Of a DNA stretch of 33,894 nt, positions 11,697-21,348 are shown in pieces. The stretch is from Jimgerdemannia flammicorona (lineage: Eukaryota): contig RBNJ01000293.1 in the NCBI GenBank assembly GCA_003990765.1, forward strand, positions 1 through 33,894, in the 5' to 3' direction. Below the pieces are notes generated by a model. The model was not told the DNA's origin, did no database searches, and was given only the letters and a program-made list of their open reading frames with translations. Within the stretch, counting starts at the first letter, position 1. Every line of letters begins with the position of its first letter. The translations under genes and the position numbers were made by a program.

Positions 11697-11802
11697 TATA
11701 TATACATTTGGTCCTGATTGGTAAGGTTCCGTTTGTGTAGATCTTGTGTTCCATGACTTTGTATTGACTCAGCTTTGTGCACTGTGACTTCAGTTTGACT
11801 CA
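11697..11802 (-). promoter_or_regulatory. Putative promoter of the LTR ORF: TATATATA (11697-11704), CCAAT (11717-11721), two TGACTCA sites (11765, 11796)
   Basis: Motifs lie 70-175 bp upstream of the ATG; equivalents occur at ~3116-3221 in the other LTR. Confidence 0.55.
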
Positions 11803-11916
11803 GCTTTGTGATCAAGCAGATGATTTCCAGATTTGTTCGGAGGTCACATGTGATTTCGGTGGCTTTGTTCAGAGGGTGATGTGTAATTTCGGTGGCTTGG
11901 AGGTTGTGTGCTTACA

Positions 11917-12078
11917 CTATACCCTCTCCTGACATGCTGCCAGTTGAAGGCCCTAGGTCCACCCAACCTAGGATGTGCATCGGCTCACTTGCTGGTTGAC
12001 ATCTCCTTAATATCTTTCTCCAATAAACGATTTGAAAGTGTGTTATAAAGTGTGTGTAATGTGAATTGTAGCAGAGAG
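11917..12078 (-). mobile_element. LINE 5' tip (5' UTR plus start of ORF1), probably of copy A
   Basis: tgctgccagttgaaggccctag.tcca...aacctag matches 28554-28590 of LINE C. Right boundary approximate. Confidence 0.8.
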
Positions 12079-12079
12079 A

Positions 12080-14600
12080 GATGTTCTGCATCTTCAACAA
12101 CCCCTTGACCACCCAGGGTGGGAAATCTAAATGATATTCTACATACCATAGCTTTGGCATTCAATACATATTCAGCACCATCACTCTGCCAGCTAGGGAC
12201 ATATGTCAGCCTTCCCATCGCAGCAGAACATTTCTCCACTCTAGAAATTTATGGTCTCACCATGCCCAGGGAAGTAGAGATCCAAACACTGAGAAGTAGA
12301 TCTCAAATAACACACTAGTTCACCAGCCGATACCACCATCCCAATGACATCACCACCAACAATACCAGCACCCAGCACCAGAGTCTCACACTTGTGCCAG
12401 TTTAGCTTAGTGCCAGAACCCCTCTCATATCATTCCACAGACCTCTGTAACTCCCCCACATCTGCCAAGTGACCACCATATTATCAGCAAAGGCCCCCAC
12501 CTTCCAATTAATCCCTAAAATGTCCAAGCTCCCAATCTGATGCCAAATTCTGTCCAGTAGAGGCTCCAGAGAAAGGGCATACAATATGGGTGACAAGGGA
12601 TTCCCTTATAGTACCCCATGTCCCAGGGGGAAGGTCATCCCCCTGTGGCCATTAATGATCAATGCCACCTGACTGTCCTCCAAGAGGCCAATCAATGATC
12701 TTTGGAACCCTGGGGGGATTCCAATCCATTTCAGTACTCCCTCTAGCCATATTCTCTGCACTCTATCATAAGCCTTCTCCTGATCCAGAAACACCAATCT
12801 GCTATCCACCCCTATTACCTGGGTACCTTCAATCACTCCATGAACCTAAGCTATTCTATCTCGAATCAACTGACCACTGACAAACCCATGCTGCTCCACA
12901 CCAAGCATCTACTGAGTGATTCCTTGCAGCCTCATTACTAAGATCTTCATCACCAGTTTGTGGTCTATGTCAAGAAGAATAATTGGCCACCAATTCATCC
13001 AGTCCTCTCACCTCCCCTTATTCTTGTAGAGTAAGGAGACTAATCCTAAGTACTGTCCCCCAATCCAGGCACCAGACCAAAGAACTCCATCACACATAGC
13101 AGTCATTTCCTCTAGCACCACACCCACTCCAGCCATCTTCTGCCAAAAATCCCAGAGAAGTCTATCCTCTCCTGGGGCTATCCCCTTACTTGTTGTGGCC
13201 ACAACCCTGCAAATTTCCTCGCCACTCACTGGGTCCCCCAACACCCCAAGTCCTATCGCAGGGTCTGGGTGCCAATCCCCCAGCTGCCTTTCAATGTCCA
13301 GAGTATCCATTTCTCCTTCCTCCTCACTCTATAGATTCTCCCACTGGGTTCTTAATAGGCCCAGAATCACTGGAGACCCCACCACCAACTTGCCATTTGC
13401 ATCCAGGACCCCCTCCCACCTTTGCTTTGTTTGTCATGCTTGTAACAACTGTGACAAAAATCTAGTAGGCCTCTCCCCCTCCTCAAGCCTCTGCCACCAC
13501 AGGTGGGCCACCATTCCCTGCAACTTCACCTCCTTCTCTCTTTGTAATACTCCCTTAAGCTTGTCTACCTCCTGCCAGATTCTCACAATATGCCAATCAG
13601 TCACATCCTCATCCTCCAGCACACCTGCCCATCTCTCTATAAGTGCTGCCAGACACCATGAGGCCCACAGTACCCTCCGCCTTCACTGGGTATACTTTTC
13701 TTTCCCTGCCTCCCTCCAATACCTCTGAGCAGACATCTTCAACCTTCTCCAGCAGTCCCCAATCTCCAGGCCTTATTCCCACCACCTACCAATATTTCCA
13801 ACCACTTCTGTTTTCCAACTCTCCCACAATACCCTATCCTCCAACAAGGAAGAATTTAGCCACCAATGTCCAGGCCCATCCTCATTTCCCCCAAACCTCC
13901 CCCCTCCAAGCAGCCCCCAGTGATCAGACCATGGACACCATACTACTTCCAGCACTGATCAGACATCTGCTCCCCAACACTCCGCCATCAGAACCCAGTC
14001 AATCCTGGAGCCCAGCCCTGCTGTCCAGTGAGTGTACACCCACTGATTGGCCCAAAAAAGTCTTCCTGAGTCTACCAAAGAACATAACCTCTCTGTCTCC
14101 AACCAGTCCCCCAACCCACCACTTTTGCCCTGCACACCTTACCTGCCATCTGTTCTATCCATCTCCTTATCCCATACTATGTTGAAGTCACCCCCCATAC
14201 AGTCCAGCCCAACTCCTCTCAATACACCAGCCTCCTTCAATCCACGAATCCAATCCACTCTCTCCCCTCTCTCAGCTGGGCAGTAGCAAGACCCAACTGT
14301 CAACGAGCCCCATCCAGGCCTTTTTCACATTCCCCACACCACTCAAGACCCCCAATATCCAATGTCCTCAATGTCCCCCATTCCTTTCCGAACAAGAATA
14401 CACACTTTCCCCCTCTATACTGCTGCGCCCCCCCATTTCTTAGTCCAATCCTGTAAGTCCACATCTGCCTCATAATGAATATCCTGTAACAAGAAGAGGT
14501 CCACATCCAGTCTCTTAAGCCATCTAAATATATACCTCCTCCTAGTTGCCCCCCGTAACCTATTAACATTCAACAAGAATATCCTAGTTGTACTGTTCAT
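12080..14600 (-). pseudogene. LINE B ORF2: APE endonuclease plus reverse transcriptase (stops and frameshifts)
   Basis: MNSTTRIFLLNVNRLR, LLQDIH, GGDFN, WSDHW, APGED, DQEKAYDRV, LSPILY, GAFADN. Confidence 0.92.
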
Positions 14601-14631
14601 ATTGAAAAAATGTTGCAATAGCAACCCCAGC

Positions 14632-16539
14632 CTAGTACTCCATGCTCATCTCATCTCCAGCCAGATTCAAGCACCATTCAGCTTCCAAGTTACCCTCCAC
14701 ATTAGCCTGAGCATCCAGTGCCTCCAAGATTTCCTGACATTCCACCCCATCCACTACCTCCATGTTGGACTGGTAGTCTAAGCAGACTGCACACCACTTC
14801 TCCAGTTCCTTCCTCAAGTTCCACAAGAAAAGTGCCCTGTCACTCGCAATCTTCTGAAGTTCCTCCTCATGCCGATCATCAACTTGATATTCAACTGACT
14901 TCAGGAGGACAGCCAAGATCTCATTCCTCATCTTCCTCGGCACCTCCTCCTCCCATAAGATCTCCTCCCAATGCCTCTCTTCCATTACCCTGAAATCCTC
15001 ACCCCCCAGCTCTTCAGCTGCTACCCCTTCCAGAGTCTTCCACATCCACTTCTCCTCATCCACTGCCTCTGCTGCACCCTGAGCGATTCATCCCCCATCC
15101 ACCTTGGGGTCCATCAGCACACTCCTCCTCACTGACTCATCTCACTCCTCATCTGGCATATCCAGTAACTCCTCCTCCTCCTCAGCTCCACCTGGGACAC
15201 TATACTGAGGGTGCACACCCACCCATTTCTGCATCTGCCTCCAAATCGCCTTCTCTCCTCCCCCACTCCAATCCAAGCCCCACCCTGGGCCATTTCTCCC
15301 CCCTCTGCCCAGGCACTCTCCTGCAACCCTGCAACTCTCTCCCCTGAGCTTCCACCAGCCCTACCCCCACCCAACCTCACCAGCAGCTCCTTCTGGATCT
15401 TTCACCCCTGCATCTTCTCCCAAGCCCTCTTCTCCATCCAGACCCTCTTCCCATCCACCTCCCCTACCACTGTCCTGGCCTCAAACTCCTTCCAGACCAA
15501 TCTCCTCCTTGCAACCGCCCCTTCCAGATCCTCCAGAGCCTCCAACAAGTCCTCCTCCTCCTCCTGGGTCCTCTTCACCCTCATGATCTTACACTCCACT
15601 GGACCCCACCTCAGTGCCGCTGGCCAGTCCCTTGACTTCTCCATATTCTCCTTCCCAGCCAGCCTCACCCTGACATCGATGTCACCAGTCCAAAGCTCCA
15701 TGCCCTCCCAGACCTTGAAACCAACATCCACAATCTCTCCATACTCCTTGATCACCTCCACAACCAACTCCCTGGTCCTCTCCTTCGACACGGTAGAGAG
15801 ATTCAACACTGTCAACTGCACCACTCGGGGGTCCCAGCATATGCACCGGGCCATGGGGACCACAACTCCACCAACTGTCACCCCCTTCTCCATGGCCATC
15901 AACAAGGTGTCCTCCTCCTCAAACCCCACCTCAACCCCTTCCTTTCTTCTTAAAAACTTCACCAACACTGCTCCCTTAACCTCCTGCACCACTAGTCCTA
16001 AGATTATCCTCGCTGTCACCACCAAGCCCCAGAAGCCATAGTGACTGCAAATTCTGACCTCGACTTCTTGAGTAACAGGGCCGACACCATGCCTGTCACT
16101 CTATCTGCCAGGTTCCTGGGCCTCATGTCCACTCCCAGTCCTGAATTGCCAACCACTATCACATTTGAATTTTTTGCCAGATCTCTAGTCACAGCCCCAT
16201 CAACAGTTACATCTCCATCTCTAGCCTCTACTCCCACTCCTTCCCTGCCATCTGAGACTCCCCTCCCTATCCCCCAGTAGCAGCTGTCGGTGCCTTCCCC
16301 AGATCCAGCCAATTGTCAAGGCCTGAGGCCATCTTCTCCATTCTGACCTTGTCAGCAAAGGTCGACCTCTCTCCACCTCTCTGCCTCAGCCTGCCCCTCT
16401 CTCCACCACCAGGACCTCGGCTAGCTATTGAGGCCCCTGGCATCTCCAAACCATCTCCCCTCCTCCCCACCTACTACCAGCCAAAGGTGCTGGCACCCCC
16501 CTGACCAGTACGCTCACCAGTTCAATCATTGCCATCCAT
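14632..16539 (-). pseudogene. LINE B ORF1 (RRM-like core, acidic C-terminus), broken
   Basis: ORF pieces 16267-16470, 16016-16312, 15402-16025 and 14632-15063 are homologous to LINE C ORF1 (e.g. VDVGFKVWEG vs VDIGFQVWEG). Confidence 0.8.
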
Positions 16540-16610
16540 GTTAATAGTCACTTGATACCGAAAATGTAGTAAAAGTGTTGTCTGAGTTCTTGTGTCACCT
16601 GAATGTTACT

Positions 16611-17911
16611 AGTGCAAAGTCCACTAAAAGAGCTTATATTGGATGTCTGTACATGTTGGAACTCAACATTTGCAATGATCTAGCATATGCTGGAGTTTGC
16701 TATGGTATGCATCCTTTTTTTCTTCAGTCGGCTGAAGTAACTTGTTTCAGATAATTGAAGATTTATTTTAAAAAAAACAAAAAAAGCCAATAGATTCAAT
16801 AGTGGCTGCCGATAAGGAAATATAGGCCAAGGCTCTAGGTGAAAGCAAGTGGGATGTACTTAGGAATATTGTTGGAGTTTTGGAAGTAAGTGGTGATTAC
16901 TCTGGCTCTACACTCATTTTGTCAGCCTCTACACTCATTTTGTCTGCCTCCATACAATGCAACACCTCACCACATATAACTGCCAGTGTTTCGACAATTG
17001 TACGAAGGATATAGTCAAACAAATGACCCTGACAATAAGCTTGGTAATACCAGTATACAACCTTCTAATTGACTGGTTAGAGGATAAGCTCGAGGACAGG
17101 CTGGAGGGTTGTGGTGATTTATGATTGAGCCCGGATCAGAGAGATACCATAGAGGTTGCTCTTAGTAAGCTCAGAAAGTACTACTCCCAAATAGATACTG
17201 CTGTATACTCAATCAGTACAGGTATGTCAATGTTAGTGTGTGGCTATTGCCCCTTCCAAAACAGAGAAACCCTCACAAAAACTCACTCTCTCCTCTCCTT
17301 TGAACAGTGCTGGACCCATGCTTAAAGCTATAATACTATAAAGATCAGAGCTGGGAGCAGCACTTCATTGAGAGAACCAAGCAGACCATAATCAAAGTGT
17401 ACTGGAAAAACTATGCGCCACTGCAAGGTTCCGGCCGAAGTTCAGATGAATATGTCAAGGGATTCCTCCTATCTCACATTTACTTTAGCAGAAAGAGGAA
17501 GAGGGAGCTGTCAGTGGAAGAGCTGCCATTAATAGATGAACTTACTATTTACCTTGCCAGTGATCACATAATCCTGCTGGAGAGCACAGAGGTGCTCAAC
17601 TGGTGGAAGGTGGGTTGTCAGGTAGGCATTGGGCCAATTTAACCCACCAATCTAACCACTACTCTATCCACTACTCTATCTACCACTCTACCCACCGCTC
17701 TACCCACTGGGGTATGCAGCTGCATCAAATAGACTTCCCTAGCCTGTGTGATATAGCTCGGGACTATCTGGCGATTCCTGCCTCCAGCGCTCCTGTCAAG
17801 CAGATGTTCTCAGGTGGGGTAGACCTCATTGCCCCAAAGAGGTGTGTGCTGAATGCTAAGATAATCTGGGTATATATGTGTCTGAAGTCTTGGTGTGGCT
17901 CAGGCTGCTAA
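16611..17911 (+). pseudogene. hAT-superfamily transposase, 3' half, with four introns; 5' half displaced by LINE B
   Basis: LILDVCTCWNST (DVxTRWNST), KLRKYY, VLDP(R>C)LK, LNWWK..FPSL..IARDYLAIPASSAPV(KQ<ER)MFS dimerisation domain. Donors at 16705, 16886, 17222, 17610; acceptors ending 16986, 17307, 17719. Confidence 0.92.
17657..17708 (+). repeat. ~12-bp tandem repeat (ccactactctat-like, ~4 copies) in a hAT intron
   Basis: Directly visible. Confidence 0.7.
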
Positions 17912-18069
17912 AATTTGGTGAGTCCTGGGGGTTCACGGATAAGTTGGTTGGCCTTGTGGAATATTTAATACCTTTCAAAAATAATAAAAAGGCAAAAAAC
18001 CCTAATGACTCGGCCTGGAGTTTGTGGCCCAAGTGGGCAGTGGTCAGCAGGGTTGGTGGTGGTGGTGGA

Positions 18070-18695
18070 GGGAGCATGCAGTGTTTACAGCCCTCCACCA
18101 GCAGCAAGGGGCAGCCCCAAGCTGTCAGTGTCTGGGTCGGTGGGTGGGTCAGTGGGCAGGTTGGTGGAGAGAGCATATAAAATTTGTGGCCCTCCACTGA
18201 CAGCAAGGGGCAGCTCCAAGCTACAAATGTCCCAGTCAGGGGGGTTGGCAGAGGGAGTATGCAAAACTTGCGGCCCTTCACCAGCAGCAAGGGACAGCCC
18301 CAAGCTATCAGCATCTGGGTCAGTGGGTGGGATCAGTTGGCGGGATTGGTGGGCACGAGGTCGGTAGAGGGAGTGTGTAAAATTTGTGACCCTCTGCTGG
18401 CAGCAAGGGGCAGCCCCAAGCTGCAAGTATCCAGGATAGGTGAGGTAGATGGAGAGAGCATGCAAAATTTGTGGCCCTCTGCCAACAGCAAGAGGCAGCC
18501 CCAAGCTGTCAGCACCCAGGTCAGTGGGCAGGGTTGGTGGGCATGGGATCAGCAAGAGAGCATGCAAAGTTTGTGGCCCTCTACTAGTAGTAAGGGGCAG
18601 CTCCAAGCTACAAGTATCTGGAACGAGCGGGGCAGGTGGAGGGAGTGCACAAAATTTGCAGTCCTCTGCCAGCAGCATAGGGGCAGCCCTAGGCC
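18070..18695. repeat. Seven-unit GC-rich array with core GCAAGGGGCAGCCCCAAGCT and alternating spacing
   Basis: Cores at 18104, 18203, 18287, 18403, 18488, 18590, 18675; spacings 99, 84, 116, 85, 102, 85. Confidence 0.9.
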
Positions 18696-18944
18696 ACTAA
18701 AGAGTCCAGGGCAGAGGGTGTTTCTGGTGGTCAGAGGGTACTTTTAGTAGTCGGAGGGTGTTTCCGGCAGTCAAAGTCCACCACAGATTTGGGCTCTATC
18801 ACCAGTTCGGGTCTCATGGGCACCCTGGCTCTGTGCCACAGTGCCACACCAGCGGTACTGCAGAGCAGGACTAAGAGGCCAGTAGGGCCCTGCATAATGG
18901 CTAAGCTAGGGCTACAGAAGAGGTGCCCAGCCCAACCCCCACAT

Positions 18945-19053
18945 AAGACTGCCTAACCTACACAAAATGACTGCCTAACTCTCATGAAAGACTGCCTATC
19001 CCTTGCAAAAGACTGCCTATCCCTCATGAAAGATTGCCTAACCCTCACAAAAA
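18945..19053. repeat. ~22-bp tandem repeat (aagactgccta.ccctca...) x5, immediately downstream of the dioxygenase-like stop codon
   Basis: gactgccta/gattgccta recurs at a ~22-bp period. Confidence 0.85.
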
Positions 19054-20840
19054 CTACTCCATCTGCTGGTCCCAGGCCTTGATGAGCCTATTATCTATTA
19101 TGAGTATGACAACTATTGTGTCTGAGCTCTCCTTGAAGGTGATGGTGCCATAGCGGTCATCTGATTGGAAGAGGACAGCCATGTTGGCTGTAAATGGGAC
19201 CCCAAAACCATAGGTGAGGTTGTACCAGACTCTGCCACTATCCTCTCAAGTTGGGCCCTTCCTTTCTAGGATGTAAAACATTATCAGGGTGATATTGTTG
19301 TCTGTATGTGTGGGCAGAGAAAGGTTGTGCCCAACATATCCTGATGTGACACAAGTGTATGGTTGGGTGAACCCTTGGCCCAGAACCTCATACTGCCAGG
19401 CTGTGCTGGTGGATGCCTGCCCTTGGTCCAGCCCTGGGAGCCCCAGCTTAGAAATCTGCCAAAATAGACAGCAACTAGTTAGTCCTTTTTACATGCAGGG
19501 GGACAGAAACCCCTCAGGCTGCAGAAATCCCCTGGGCTGCAGCACCCCAAAAAAGCAGAGCTCACCTCATATGGCATGCTAAATTGTACCAAGAATGTAC
19601 ATATAGCTGTGCCAAGATCACCACTAAGCTGGCCTGCCATACACTCTACCAATCTGCTCAAAGAACCCCAGATTATAGCTACCATCACTATACAGGTTGT
19701 GTCATGCTCGTGTACAGTTTGCTCTTTGACAGTACTTCTAAAGTTCTAATAGGGGTACAGAATCTTGTACATCCCTGGATTTGTATCAAAAAAAAGTATG
19801 TCAGCAAAGAGTGTGATTTATCTGGAGAAGAGTAAAAAAAAGAGAGATGAGTGTGGGGGATTTCGAAACTCTGGAACCCACTCTTCGCCAGTATTGCAGT
19901 ATACCCAATTCCCATCCAAACTCCCCCTCCTTGCTTTTTTTGCCCCCTCTTTTCTGCTACCTAGTATTTGATGCAGTCCTTGCAAATCTTGTTAATGTAG
20001 CAGCAAAGCTCATCACTGTAGAGGTTCCTTACCATCATCACAACCACCTCTCTATGTTCGTTAATAAAGATATGGTTCTCTTTGTTGTTGGTTACTCCTG
20101 CTGGCCAATAGATCCCTTAGTTGAGAATGATTAGCTCTGATTCGAATGTAGACCCCCAAGCCTTGATGATAATGCTGATACTGCTCATACTGAACATCTT
20201 GCCCTTGAATTTCTCTATTTGATCAGACACCAGACATGGTTGAACTTGGATAACTTTGAACTCTCCTTTCTAATAGAACTGAGCCCTGATCTGAGAGACT
20301 GAGATAAGTGTATGGATGGGTTGTGTGCAGACAGGTTGTATGCAGGCAAGTTACATGTGGGTGGGTTGTGTGCAGGTGTGGGTGTTTTTTAGGGGAGACC
20401 ACGTAAAAAATGAAATTAAATAAAACACAGAGATGGGTATTTCAGAAAAAGAGCGTGAGTGAGTGAGTGAGTGAGTGAGCTACATACCAATGAGTTGTAT
20501 GCCAACGAGTTGTACAAGATTGCTTACAAAGGTCTGCTTCTGTTTCTTTTGAGACCTCCACTATGTGATGTATTGACTCAATAGCTCAGCCACCAAAGGT
20601 ATACCCTGCAATGTCCTCCAACCTTTCATCTTGACCAGATGTTATGAATAAAGTTGGCAGATCTTGCCATAGAGCTGTGGACCCTAAGAAGAGCACAAAG
20701 TGAATCAGGTCATGCTGGGGGAATTTAAACAAAAGTAGCAGCAGAAAAGAGCAATCTACATCTACTACTGACTGCTCCAAAAAGGCTACTGCATACATAG
20801 CTATGAGGTCTGTGAATTCTGAGGTCCAAAGGTCTACCAT
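19054..20840 (-). pseudogene. Spliced 2OG-Fe(II) dioxygenase-like gene, TET/JBP-like; 5' boundary uncertain
   Basis: Exons 20528-20683, 19882-20290, 19566-19774 and 19054-19455 join in frame via GT-AG introns. Product has KRG..GGGVWMGIGY, LGLPGL, PT-HTD-NN (19300-19308) and GFGVPFTANMAVLFQSDDR(Y<H)GT (19150-19152), and ends IKAWDQQME*. Confidence 0.68.
20455..20478. repeat. (GTGA)6 microsatellite inside a predicted intron
   Basis: Directly visible. Confidence 0.9.
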
Positions 20841-21143
20841 GAGTTATTGCTAGAATTCACCCTCACCCCCACCATTGCCACTATCACCCTTTTGGCTCTT
20901 GATGAGCAGCTTGTATGCTGTCCATATGAGAAAAAATCTAACATTATCAGCAGAGAGTGTGTTTCCACCTCAAATACTCTCTCTTTTGATAATCATTGCA
21001 GGGTGAAAAATGAGTAAACTAGACCAATGTATGAATTAAGGGCTGCTATTCTGTTTGCTTATGAATATAGCAGGAAAGAACAAAGAAAAAGAATAAAGAA
21101 AAGAGAGGGAACAAAGGAAAGGGTGATGTCACCAAAGATTTCA

Positions 21144-21348
21144 ATCTGGATGGGTCAATCTGGATGGATCATCTGGATGGGTCAATCTGGATGGATCATC
21201 CAGATGAATCAATCCAGATAGATCAATCCAGATCAATCCAGATCAATCTGGATCAGATCACAAGACCAATCTGAGTTGATTCGAATCCATCACATGATGA
21301 ACTTGAATCAAATCTCATCTGGATCAACTCTATTTGTTTGGAGCACTA
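21144..21348. repeat. Subterminal ATCTGGAT/ATCCAGAT repeats and hAT-type terminal inverted repeat end
   Basis: About ten copies of the motif in both orientations, followed by tttggagcacta (reverse complement TAGTGCTCCAAA). Confidence 0.8.

Larger units (their letters stand above)
1269..11916 (-). mobile_element. Ty3/Gypsy chromovirus-type LTR retrotransposon (LTR-gag-dUTPase-PR-RT-RH-IN-chromodomain-LTR), decayed
   Basis: Two ~2.07-kb direct repeats bounded by TGTAAG...CTTACA. PPT and PBS-like motifs abut them in the correct minus-strand orientation. Pol domain order is PR-RT-RH-IN. Confidence 0.97.
9844..11916 (-). repeat. 5' LTR (2073 bp)
   Basis: tgtaagagggttgc at 9844 to cttaca at 11916; retains more CpG than the 3' LTR. 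Confidence 0.95.
12080..16610 (-). mobile_element. L1/Tx1-like LINE copy B, 5' end intact, 3' part cut off by the later insertion
   Basis: ORF1 and ORF2 (EN+RT) colinear with LINE C; shares the 5' motif tgtctgagt(t)cttgtgtcacctgaatgttact. Confidence 0.92.
16611..21348 (+). mobile_element. Putative composite hAT element, right part: transposase, repeat arrays, TET/JBP-like cargo, right TIR
   Basis: TIR-like end ...tttggagcacta at 21337-21348 matches the TIRs of adjacent MITEs with 8-bp TSDs. Subterminal repeats lie inside it, and I found no other terminus between the transposase and this end. Left TIR is not in the window. Confidence 0.6.

Noticed and set aside
10629..11717. Plus-strand hydrophobic ORFs inside the LTRs as an env-like gene
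   Set aside because: They are antisense to the U3 ORF, whose frame explains the synonymous pattern; no signal peptide, furin site or TM organisation is evident.
13190..16504. Plus-strand Pro/Ser/Thr-rich ORFs (also 22997-28262 and 189-1009)
   Set aside because: Antisense shadows of the G/A-rich LINE coding strand.
18070..18695. CRISPR-like array (palindromic repeat with variable spacers)
   Set aside because: Spacers are homologous to each other in an alternating pattern, repeats are degenerate, there are no cas genes and the context is eukaryotic.
17856..18747. Overlapping ORFs of 60-197 aa in several frames
   Set aside because: By-products of a GC-rich tandem array; translations are repetitive on both strands with no domain motifs.
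19061..19081. cccaggccttg as a hAT TIR truncating the dioxygenase-like gene
   Set aside because: The reading frame continues through it to a natural-looking stop at 19054, and no partner repeat or TSD was found.
20586..20840. 84-aa ORF as a standalone membrane protein
   Set aside because: It spans a predicted pyrimidine-rich intron and an out-of-frame exon of the dioxygenase-like gene.
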